Source of the DNA: Dehalococcoidia bacterium | Lineage (GTDB): Bacteria > Chloroflexota > Dehalococcoidia > UBA2979 | Direction: 5' to 3' | Assembly: GCA_964291495.2 (NCBI GenBank) | Contig: OZ219871.1 | Location: forward strand, 416,001 to 480,000 | DNA: 64,000 nt | Part shown: positions 56,739 through 64,000 of the stretch, piece after piece | Layout: each line of letters opens with the position of its first letter | Position numbering within the stretch: position 1 is the stretch's first letter | Notes under the pieces: model-generated | Told to the model about the DNA's origin: nothing | The model's input: the letters and a program-made list of their open reading frames with translations, nothing else | The model's database searches: none | Program-made: the position numbers and the translations under genes

Positions 56739-57735
56739 CGCGCGCAGGCCGGCGCGCCCGCGGGCCGCGAGGGCGGCCCCGGCTCTCTTCGTCCTCGCGC
56801 TGCTCGCCGTCCTCGTTGCCGCCTGCGGGTCGGGCGAGGGCGAGATCCCTGCATCGGTCGACTTCTCCGCGCGCGCCGTCGGCGAGGCCTTCGACCCGGA
56901 GGCCCAGCCCGTCGTGCTCAACTCGGCACTGGCCGTCGGTCCGAACCGCCTGACGCTCGGCTTCTTCCGCTCCGACACCTCGCTGATCCTCGAGGCGAGC
57001 GGAAGCGTGCGGCTCTACCGCCTCGACGAGTCGCGGCGAGGCGCCTACGTCGCGAGCCACGAGCTGCAGCGCGCCGCGTTCGGCCAGAAGACCGACCACG
57101 AGCACGCAGACGGCTCGACACACGTGCATGAGGACGCGTTCGCCGCCGTCTTCTACGCCAGCGTCGACTTCGACCGCACGGGCGCCTGGGCCGCCTCACT
57201 GGACGTCGAGATCGAGGGCGAGCGCCATCGCGGGCTGCTCGTGCAGCCGTTCAACGTGCTGGAGCGCACGCCCGAGCCGCAGATCGGCGACGCGCTGCCG
57301 GAAAGCCCGCACCTGACGCTGGGCGACGGGGCGGACATCGCCGCCGTCAGCAGCATGACCGAGCCCGTCCCGGCGATGAACGAGCTGACCGTCCCCGAGG
57401 CGGTCGCGAGCGGCAAGCCGGTCCTCGTGGCGATCGCGACGCCCGCGTACTGCCAGACCCGCTTCTGCGGACCGCTGATGGAGTCCGTCGTCGTCCCGCT
57501 CTGGGAGGAGTTCGGCGGCGAGGTGCAGTTCGTGCACGTCGAACCCTACGAGCTGGACGAGGTGCGCAGCAGCGGCCGCCTCGTCCCCGTGCCGCTGCTG
57601 GAGGACTGGCAGCTCCAGACCGAGCCGTGGGTCTTCATCGCCGGCCGCGGCGGCGTCGTCACCGCCAAGTTCGAGGGCGTCGCCTCGCTCGAGGAGGTGC
57701 GCGCCGCCCTCGTCGCCGCGATCGGGGCGCAGTAG
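56668..57735 (+). CDS. Lipoprotein with a His-rich segment and a C-terminal thioredoxin-like domain
   Basis: Lipobox VAAC, DHEHADGSTHVH, ATPAYCQTRFCGP, TEPW. Start codon uncertain. Confidence 0.7.
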   Translation: MRAAAVRFSATSSRCRASASRATSARRPARPRAARAAPALFVLALLAVLVAACGSGEGEIPASVDFSARAVGEAFDPEAQPVVLNSALAVGPNRLTLGFFRSDTSLILEASGSVRLYRLDESRRGAYVASHELQRAAFGQKTDHEHADGSTHVHEDAFAAVFYASVDFDRTGAWAASLDVEIEGERHRGLLVQPFNVLERTPEPQIGDALPESPHLTLGDGADIAAVSSMTEPVPAMNELTVPEAVASGKPVLVAIATPAYCQTRFCGPLMESVVVPLWEEFGGEVQFVHVEPYELDEVRSSGRLVPVPLLEDWQLQTEPWVFIAGRGGVVTAKFEGVASLEEVRAALVAAIGAQ

Positions 57736-57787
57736 CCGCGTCCCTTCCGCTGGCGTCGCCCGTGCGCGCGGTGGCAGACTCGCGGGG

Positions 57788-58549
57788 ATGAACCTTCCCG
57801 GCAGCCTCCCCGACTACACGGCGCTCGAGTTCCCCGAGGCGCCCGCCGATCGCCCCTACGTGGTCGCCAACATGGTCGCGTCCGCCGACGGCACGACGGT
57901 CATCGAGGGCCGCGAACGGGGGCTCGGCTCCGCGGCCGACCGCCAGCTGATGCGCGAGCTGCGCGTCCACGCCGACATCGTGCTCACCGGCGCGGGCACG
58001 CTGCGCGCCAGCGGCCACTCGCCGCGCCTCAACGACGACGCCCTCGAGGCGCTGCGCGTCGCCCGCGGCAAGCCGCGCCTGCCGATCGCCGCCACGCTCT
58101 CGCACTCGGGCGACCTGCCGCTCGACAACCGCTTCTTCACGGGGAGTGACTTCGAGGGCGTGGTCTACCTCTCCGACGGCGCCCCCGCCGAACGCGCCGC
58201 CGCGCTCGCGGCGGCCGGCCGACCGGTCCGGCGGGTCCCCGCGGGCGGCGAGGTTCCCTCGATGCTCGCGCACATGCGCAAGGCGCTCGGCTGCCGCCTG
58301 CTGCTGCTCGAGGGCGGCCCCTCGCTTAATGGCGAGTTCTTCCGCCGCGGCCTCGTCGACGAGCTGTTCCTGACGGTCGGCGCGCTCGTCGCCGGCGGCG
58401 AGGGCGGCCCGACCGCCGTCGAGACGCCCGGTCAGCCCGCGACGCACGAGGGCGTGCGGCGGCTCGAGCTGCTCTCGGCGTTTCGCAACCCGGAGACGAG
58501 CGAGCTGTTCCTGCGCTATCGCGTCCGCCGGCCGGGCGAGCCCGACTAG
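57788..58549 (+). CDS. RibD C-terminal / dihydrofolate reductase-family protein
   Basis: NMVASADG, GAGTLR, LEGGPSLN, LVDELFLT. Confidence 0.88.
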   Translation: MNLPGSLPDYTALEFPEAPADRPYVVANMVASADGTTVIEGRERGLGSAADRQLMRELRVHADIVLTGAGTLRASGHSPRLNDDALEALRVARGKPRLPIAATLSHSGDLPLDNRFFTGSDFEGVVYLSDGAPAERAAALAAAGRPVRRVPAGGEVPSMLAHMRKALGCRLLLLEGGPSLNGEFFRRGLVDELFLTVGALVAGGEGGPTAVETPGQPATHEGVRRLELLSAFRNPETSELFLRYRVRRPGEPD

Positions 58550-59010
58550 CGGAGGGCCGCCTCGCAGGCGTCTACGGCGGCCACGGCATCCTCGACGCGC
58601 TCGATCGGAGCGTGCTCGCCGTCGCCGTCGCGCAGCTCCCAGGTGCCGAGGCCGATCACCGGCCGCTCGGAGATGAGCGCGAAAGCGATCTCGGAGAGCG
58701 TGCCGAACTTGCCGTCGATCGCGATCACGGCCTCGCCGGCGCGTGCGACCAGCACGTTGCGCGCGTAGCCGAGGCCGCTCGGCAGCGGGATGTCGACGTA
58801 CTCGTTCGCATCGCCGAGGTCGTCGCCCGGCAGGATGCCGATCGTCAGCCCGCCGCTCTCCTTCGCGCCGCGGCAGGCCTCGCGCATCACGCCGCCACGG
58901 CCGCCGCAGATCAGCACGTGCCCGCGCGCGCCCAGCTCGCGGCCGACCTCGAACGCCAGCCGCGCCGCCTCGCCCTCCGCCTGCTCGCCCCCGATGACCG
59001 AGATGCGCAT
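58546..59010 (-). CDS. TIGR00725-like Rossmann-fold (LOG/DprA superfamily) protein
   Basis: CGGRGGVM, TIGILPG, ARN, GTLSEIA. Confidence 0.88.
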   Translation of the reverse strand: MRISVIGGEQAEGEAARLAFEVGRELGARGHVLICGGRGGVMREACRGAKESGGLTIGILPGDDLGDANEYVDIPLPSGLGYARNVLVARAGEAVIAIDGKFGTLSEIAFALISERPVIGLGTWELRDGDGEHAPIERVEDAVAAVDACEAALR

Positions 59011-59080
59011 CGCCGCCCCGCCTTCTCCTCGCGATTCTCTCCGGGTGCAGGGTAGCGCGCGCCGCCGATACCATTCCGTC

Positions 59081-59506
59081 ATGGCTGGCTACTCGGGAAC
59101 ACCGCTGCCGAAGAAGCTCGGGATCAAGCCCGGTCAGCGGGTTGCGCTCCTCCGCGCCCCGGAGGGATTCGACGCCACGCTCGGCGAGTTGCCCGAGGGC
59201 GTCGCGGTGCGGCGTTCGGCCCGAGGTCCGCTCGACGTGATCGTCAGCTTCACCGGCAACGAGCGAGAGCTGCGCAGCCGCTTCGCCACACTCGCGCGGG
59301 CGCTCGATCCGGCTGGGGGACTGTGGATCGCCTGGCCGAAGCGCGCCTCGGGCGTCCCAACCGACCTCGACGGCAACATCGTGCGCGAGGTCGGCCTCGC
59401 GCATGGGCTCGTCGACAACAAGGTCTGCGCGATCGACGCGACCTGGTCGGGATTGCGCTTCGTCGTGCGCGTCGAGGACCGACCGCAGACGACGCGACGG
59501 CGCTGA
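59081..59506 (+). CDS. DUF3052-family protein
   Basis: MAGYSGTPLPKKLGIK, WIAWPK, GLVDNKVCAID.TWSGLRFV. Confidence 0.85.
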   Translation: MAGYSGTPLPKKLGIKPGQRVALLRAPEGFDATLGELPEGVAVRRSARGPLDVIVSFTGNERELRSRFATLARALDPAGGLWIAWPKRASGVPTDLDGNIVREVGLAHGLVDNKVCAIDATWSGLRFVVRVEDRPQTTRRR

Positions 59507-59589
59507 CACCTCCTCGGCCCGTCGCTTGTGAGCGGCCGAACTTGCCGCCGGCCCCTGCGACATACACTCGAAGGGAAAGGAGGTGCGTG

Positions 59590-59898
59590 ATGATCATGCG
59601 GATCACGTGGGGCAAGGTGCGACCCGGGATGTGGCCCGAGTACGCCGAGGCCTACCGCCGGACGATGGAGCCGATCAGCAGCGGCATCCAGGGGCTGCGC
59701 GGACGCTGGCTCGCCCACGACCTCGACGAGGAGGACGCGGGCTTCGCGGTCAGCATCTGGGACTCGCAGGAGGACCTCGACGCCTACCGCAACTCGGAGC
59801 TGTTCGAGGAACAGGTCCAGGCCCCGCTCGCCGACTACTTCGTCGACGAGTTCCGCACCTACCACTGCGAGGTCGACGTCGTCGAGGACGTCGGCTAG
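59590..59898 (+). CDS. Antibiotic biosynthesis monooxygenase (ABM)-like protein
   Basis: SD AGGAGG; GKVRPG, SIWDSQEDLDAY. Confidence 0.75.
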   Translation: MIMRITWGKVRPGMWPEYAEAYRRTMEPISSGIQGLRGRWLAHDLDEEDAGFAVSIWDSQEDLDAYRNSELFEEQVQAPLADYFVDEFRTYHCEVDVVEDVG

Positions 59899-59937
59899 GG
59901 CACGCCGCGGCCGCGTTTCGGCCGCCGATGTCACACT

Positions 59938-59966
59938 CGAGGCGCCCCGCCCCCCGGGGCGCCTCG
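59938..59966 (+). terminator. Hairpin
   Basis: CGAGGCGCCCCG-CCCCC-CGGGGCGCCTCG. Confidence 0.45.
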
Positions 59967-59974
59967 TCAGTTCC

Positions 59975-60019
59975 GCCCCAGCACGCCACGGAGCCGTCGG
60001 GGCGCAAGCCGCAGGTCTG
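59975..60019 (-). pseudogene. Single RCC1/BLIP-II-like repeat remnant
   Basis: The minus strand reads QTCGLRPDGSVACWG, with no surrounding gene. Confidence 0.45.
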
Positions 60020-60068
60020 CCGTAGAATCAGTTGCACGCCGGGACGGGACGAGGTCGAGGAAGCAGCG

Positions 60069-60269
60069 ATGGTGAGCATCACCGAAATCCAGGAAGCGAT
60101 TCGGGTCCTTCCCGAGCCCGAGTATGCCCGGTTGCGGAAGTGGATCAGCGATCTGGACTGGGAACGCTGGGACCACCAACTCGAGGCCGACGCCGAGGCC
60201 GGCAGGCTGGACTTCCTGATCGCGGAGGCCCATGAGGCCGGAGAGCGCGACGCCCTCGAAGAGCTATAG
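60069..60269 (+). CDS. Putative antitoxin
   Basis: 66 aa, acidic, WDHQLEADAEAGRLDFL; abuts a RelE-like gene. Confidence 0.75.
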   Translation: MVSITEIQEAIRVLPEPEYARLRKWISDLDWERWDHQLEADAEAGRLDFLIAEAHEAGERDALEEL

Positions 60270-60524
60270 GTGCATCGAGCCACCCCCCGCTTCTGGCGAG
60301 AGTTCAGGCGCCTTCCGGAACCGGTTCAGCGGGTAGCAAGGCGGAACTTCCGCTTGCTCGCGGCGAACCCCTCCTATCCATCGCTTCGCTTCAAGAAGGT
60401 GGGCGCGTTCTGGTCCGCGCGCGTCGGGCGCGACTACAGGGCCCTCGCCGTTGAGGACGGCAACGACTTCACCTGGGTCTGGATCGGCGCCCACGACGAG
60501 TACGACCGCCTGATCGGCGGCTAA
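60270..60524 (+). CDS. RelE/ParE-superfamily toxin
   Basis: FWREFRRLP..NPSYPSLRFKKV..WSARVGRDYRAL..WIGAHDEY. Confidence 0.88.
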   Translation: MHRATPRFWREFRRLPEPVQRVARRNFRLLAANPSYPSLRFKKVGAFWSARVGRDYRALAVEDGNDFTWVWIGAHDEYDRLIGG

Positions 60525-60638
60525 CCACCCCCCTCGCCCCGACCCTCGCCGCTACCAACTGACACGGCGATACTAGGTACGGACGGCCGCTGCCCCGGCG
60601 CGAGCCGGAGGAACGCGCGGCCGCGGCGGGAGGACCCG

Positions 60639-61658
60639 ATGAGCGCCAACGCGCATGCGGCGATCGTCGCCGAGGGCCTCGTCCGCACCTTCCCCGGCGT
60701 CCGCGCCGTCGACGGCATCGACCTCTCCATCGAGCGCGGCCAGGTCTTCGGCTTCCTCGGCGCGAACGGCTCCGGCAAGACCACCACCATCCGCATGCTA
60801 ACGACGCTGCTGCGGCCCACCGAGGGCCGCGCCTTCGTCGGCGGCCTCGACGTGCAGCGCGAGGCCGCCGAGGTGCGGCGCCGCATCGGCGTCGCGCTGC
60901 AGGAGGCCGGCCTCGACGACCTCCAGACGGGGCGCGAGCTGCTGACGCTGCAGGGCCGCCTGCAGGGCATGTCCCGCGCCGCCGTCCGGCCGCGCGTCGA
61001 CGAGCTGCTGGCCATCGTCGAGCTCGAGGACGCCGCCGACCGCAAGATCGGCACCTACTCCGGCGGGATGCAGCGAAGGCTCGACCTCGCCTCGGCGCTC
61101 GTGCACACGCCGAGCATCGTCTTCCTCGACGAGCCGACGAGCGGGCTGGACCCGATCAGCCGCCAGGCGCTCTGGCGTTATGTAGAGCGGCTGAACCGCG
61201 ACGACGGCGTCACCTTCTTCCTCACCACCCAGTACCTGGAGGAGGCCGACCGCCTCGCCGACGAGATCGCGATCATCGACGCAGGCCGCATCGTCGCCTC
61301 CGGCTCGCCCTCGGCGCTCAAGGCGACGATCGGCGCGGACGTGGTCTCGCTGCACATCGAGGACGGCGACGGCGCCGGGCAGGCGGTGGAGCGTGCGAGC
61401 GAGCGGTTCCGCGCGATGCCCGGCCTTGAGGAGCTGCGGAGGACGGAGGACGCGCTGGTGGTCTACATCCGCGAGGGCAGCCAGGCGATCGCGCCGATCG
61501 TGACGATCGCCAACGAAACCGGCCTCTCCGTGCTCGAGGTCACGCTCGCGCAGCCGACGCTGGACGATGTCTTCCTGCGCACGACCGGACGGCGTCTGGA
61601 GGTGGACGCGGACGTGCCGGACCCGGGCACGCGGGACGCCTCGGAGGCGGCGGCGTGA
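60639..61658 (+). CDS. ABC exporter ATP-binding protein (DrrA-like)
   Basis: GANGSGKT, YSGGMQRRL, FLDEPT, TTQYLEEAD. Confidence 0.93.
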   Translation: MSANAHAAIVAEGLVRTFPGVRAVDGIDLSIERGQVFGFLGANGSGKTTTIRMLTTLLRPTEGRAFVGGLDVQREAAEVRRRIGVALQEAGLDDLQTGRELLTLQGRLQGMSRAAVRPRVDELLAIVELEDAADRKIGTYSGGMQRRLDLASALVHTPSIVFLDEPTSGLDPISRQALWRYVERLNRDDGVTFFLTTQYLEEADRLADEIAIIDAGRIVASGSPSALKATIGADVVSLHIEDGDGAGQAVERASERFRAMPGLEELRRTEDALVVYIREGSQAIAPIVTIANETGLSVLEVTLAQPTLDDVFLRTTGRRLEVDADVPDPGTRDASEAAA

Positions 61659-62419
61659 CGGCGCTCGCGATGGCCACGTACCAGCTCTGCTGGCGCGCGG
61701 TGCGGGAGACGCTCCGCCAGCCGGGCGTCGAGGTCAGCAACCTCTTCATCCCGCTGTTCTTCTTCTTCGTCACCGTCGGCGCGATCAGCAACATCGCCGG
61801 CCCGGCCTTCGGCGTCGAGAACTACGAGGGCTTCCAGCTGCCGGTCGCGGTGCTGCAGTGCGTGGCCGGCGCCGCCTCGATCTCCGGCATCGCGATCGTC
61901 AAGGACATCGAGAGCGGCTACTTCGACAAGCTGCTGCTCACGCCCAGCCCGAGGCTGGCGATCGTGCTGGGACGGCTCTTCGCCGACGCGATCCGGGCCG
62001 TCGCGTTCACCGCGGTGATCCTCGTCGTGGTCTCGCTGGTGGGCGCGGGGATGGAAGCGGGGCCGCTCGGCTACCTCGTGATTCTCGCGCTGGCAGGGCT
62101 GTTCGGTGCGGCCTACTCCGGCATCGGCGTGACGATCGCGCTGCGCACGGGCAACGCGCAGGCGGCGCAGGCCGGGTTCCTGGTCTTCTTCCCGCTGCTC
62201 TTCCTCTCGCCGGCCTTCGCGCCGAAGGAGGTCTTCGACCCCTGGATGGAGTTCCTCGCCTCGATCAACCCCGTCACCTACCTGCTCGAGGGCATGAGAA
62301 TGCTGGTGCTCGAGGGCTGGCAGTGGGACAACCTCGCGGGCGCGATCGGCGCCGTGCTCGCCCTCGGCGTGGTCACGATCGCGGCGGCGCTGTGGTCGCT
62401 GCGGGCGCGCACGCGCTAG
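61655..62419 (+). CDS. ABC-2 type permease
   Basis: Six TM segments, GYFDKLLLTP, INPVTY. GTGA overlap. Confidence 0.9.
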   Translation: MTALAMATYQLCWRAVRETLRQPGVEVSNLFIPLFFFFVTVGAISNIAGPAFGVENYEGFQLPVAVLQCVAGAASISGIAIVKDIESGYFDKLLLTPSPRLAIVLGRLFADAIRAVAFTAVILVVVSLVGAGMEAGPLGYLVILALAGLFGAAYSGIGVTIALRTGNAQAAQAGFLVFFPLLFLSPAFAPKEVFDPWMEFLASINPVTYLLEGMRMLVLEGWQWDNLAGAIGAVLALGVVTIAAALWSLRARTR

Positions 62420-62483
62420 CAGCCGAGCCCGGCGCGGCTGCGCGCCGCAGCGTATAGAATCAGCCCGAGGTCAGGAGGACCAC

Positions 62484-63749
62484 ATGGACTGGGACGACTC
62501 TGCCGAGCTCGCGGCCTTCCGCGAACGCATCCGCACCTTCTTCGAGGACAAGCTGCCGGACCGCTACAAGCGAGCGGCTGCGGGCGAGTGGATGCGCCAG
62601 ATGATCCCCGCACCGGACGGCGAGCCGATGTACTTCGACGAGCCGAGCTGGGATCACGACCGGCTCTCCACCGACCCCGAAGCCCGCGCCGCCGCCCAGG
62701 AGTGGGCCGACGCCCTCTCCGCCGAAGGCCTCGTCGCCCCGGCCTGGGCGAAGGAGCACGGGGGCGCGGGACTGACCACGCTCGAGCAGTTCGTCTTCAA
62801 CGAGGAGCGCGAGCGCGCCGGAGCGCCGCGCGTCGGCGGGACCGGCGCGATGTTCCTCGGCTCGCTGCTGATGGTCTACGGCAACGAGGAGCAGCAGGCG
62901 AAGTACATGCCGCCGATCGCGCGCGGCGACATCCAGTGGGCGCAGGGCTACTCCGAGCCCGGCGCCGGCTCCGACCTCGGCTCGCTGCAGCTGCGCGCCC
63001 AGCGCGACGGCGACGAGTACATCCTCAACGGGCAGAAGATCTGGTCCACTCCGCAGACCGCCGACTCGATGTACGCCCTCGTCCGCACCGACCCGGACGC
63101 GCCGAAGCACCGCGGCATCTCCTTCCTCATGGTCGAGGACTTCCACACCGAGGGCATCTCGATGCGGCCGATCGAGAACGCGGTCTTCGACCACAGCTCG
63201 TTCGGCGAGACATTCTTCGACGACGCGCGCGTCCCGGCCGAGAACCGCATCGGCGAGGAGAACCAGGGCTGGTACGTGGCAATGACGCTGATGGACTTCG
63301 ACCGCGCGTCGATCTCCAACACCGCCGAGGACCGCGCGCTGCTGCTGGACCTCAAGGACTTCCTGGAGACACCCGAGGGCGCGGCGAAGTCGCGGCTCGC
63401 GGAGTCGGCGACGATCCGCGCGGAGCTGACGGACCGTGCGATCGAGATCGAGGTCGGCTACAACCTCTCATTGCGCCTCGCCTCGCTACAGGCGAAGGGG
63501 CTGATCCCGAACTACGAGGCCTCGATCGGGCAGGTCTTCTCGAAGGCGCTGAACCAGCGCATGGCGCGCACGGGGACGGTGATCTTCGGGCTCTACTCGA
63601 ACCTCTGGCCGGGGGACGAGCGGGCGCCGATGACGGGTGAGTTCACGCGCTCCTACGTGCGCACGATCCCCTCGACGATCGCAGGCGGCAGCGCCGAGAT
63701 CCAGCGCAACGTGATCGCCACCCGCGGCCTGGGGCTGCCTCGAGGCTAA
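62484..63749 (+). CDS. Acyl-CoA dehydrogenase (paralog of 1512-2726)
   Basis: WAQGYSEPGAGSDL, APKHRGISFL, TIAGGSAEIQRNVIA. Confidence 0.95.
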   Translation: MDWDDSAELAAFRERIRTFFEDKLPDRYKRAAAGEWMRQMIPAPDGEPMYFDEPSWDHDRLSTDPEARAAAQEWADALSAEGLVAPAWAKEHGGAGLTTLEQFVFNEERERAGAPRVGGTGAMFLGSLLMVYGNEEQQAKYMPPIARGDIQWAQGYSEPGAGSDLGSLQLRAQRDGDEYILNGQKIWSTPQTADSMYALVRTDPDAPKHRGISFLMVEDFHTEGISMRPIENAVFDHSSFGETFFDDARVPAENRIGEENQGWYVAMTLMDFDRASISNTAEDRALLLDLKDFLETPEGAAKSRLAESATIRAELTDRAIEIEVGYNLSLRLASLQAKGLIPNYEASIGQVFSKALNQRMARTGTVIFGLYSNLWPGDERAPMTGEFTRSYVRTIPSTIAGGSAEIQRNVIATRGLGLPRG

Positions 63750-63796
63750 CGAGCGGGCGCGGACTGCGCCCCGGCTCCCCTCCGGCCCCTCTCCCT

Positions 63797-63928
63797 TCCG
63801 GCCCCCTCTCTTGGGGGAGAGGGTTGGGGTGAGGGGGCTCGCCGGTGCTCCTGCTCGCCTCGGAAGGTTCGTGCGCCGATCCGGCCCCCTCTCCTGGGGG
63901 AGAGGGTTGGGGTGAAGGGGCTCGCCGG
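63797..63928. repeat. Two direct 49-bp REP-like palindromic units
   Basis: TCCGGCCCCCTCTC(T/C)TGGGGGAGAGGGTTGGGGTGA(G/A)GGGGCTCGCCGG at 63797-63845 and 63880-63928. Same core as the hairpins inside the MITE. Confidence 0.85.
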
Positions 63929-64000
63929 CGGTACTCCCAGGTCGATCCGTTCTTACGCCATCGAAGCCTCTCGCCCGGGCGGCGCGCCGGGGCGCGCTCC

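Noticed and set aside
54222-56978. Long antisense or alternate-frame ORFs (918 aa here; also 18978-20897, 21024-23051, 36386-38782, 57659-59563)
   Set aside because: These are shadows of real genes caused by stop-codon scarcity in high-GC DNA. They are Arg/Ala/Gly-rich and carry no motifs of their own.
63797-63928. Repeat-spacer-repeat as a mini-CRISPR
   Set aside because: Only two units, matching the dispersed REP family seen at 1314-1440 and 25595-25725, with no cas genes.

Overview
This is a very GC-rich bacterial window with about 60 densely packed genes. I found no rRNA, tRNA, CRISPR array, integrase or transposase. The gene content points, by inference, to a Chloroflexota (Dehalococcoidia-like) organism, possibly sponge-associated: paralogous acyl-CoA dehydrogenases, Ltp2-like thiolase-fold/DUF35 pairs, LLM/F420 oxidoreductases, Tat-lipoprotein family-5 solute-binding proteins, a PGNAG-type C-terminal sorting signal and a plant-type LRR surface protein. 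Most genes encode lipid/steroid-type catabolism, transport (Fe3+ ABC, Dpp-type ABC, Drr-type ABC, CsoR-CopA, K+ channel) and three type II toxin-antitoxin pairs. The strongest candidate for an undescribed system is a NucS/EndoMS-like PD-(D/E)XK nuclease fused to an alkyltransferase-like (PWHRV) base-sensing domain (4488-5858), embedded in a metabolic operon. Other items of note are a flavin halogenase with a PqqD/RRE-like tail, a double-solenoid LRR protein with a hypervariable face, a ~215-bp MITE carrying REP hairpins, a 2.1-kb tandem duplication of a binding-protein gene, and a probable ATC start codon. All calls come from reading motifs by eye; no searches were run.
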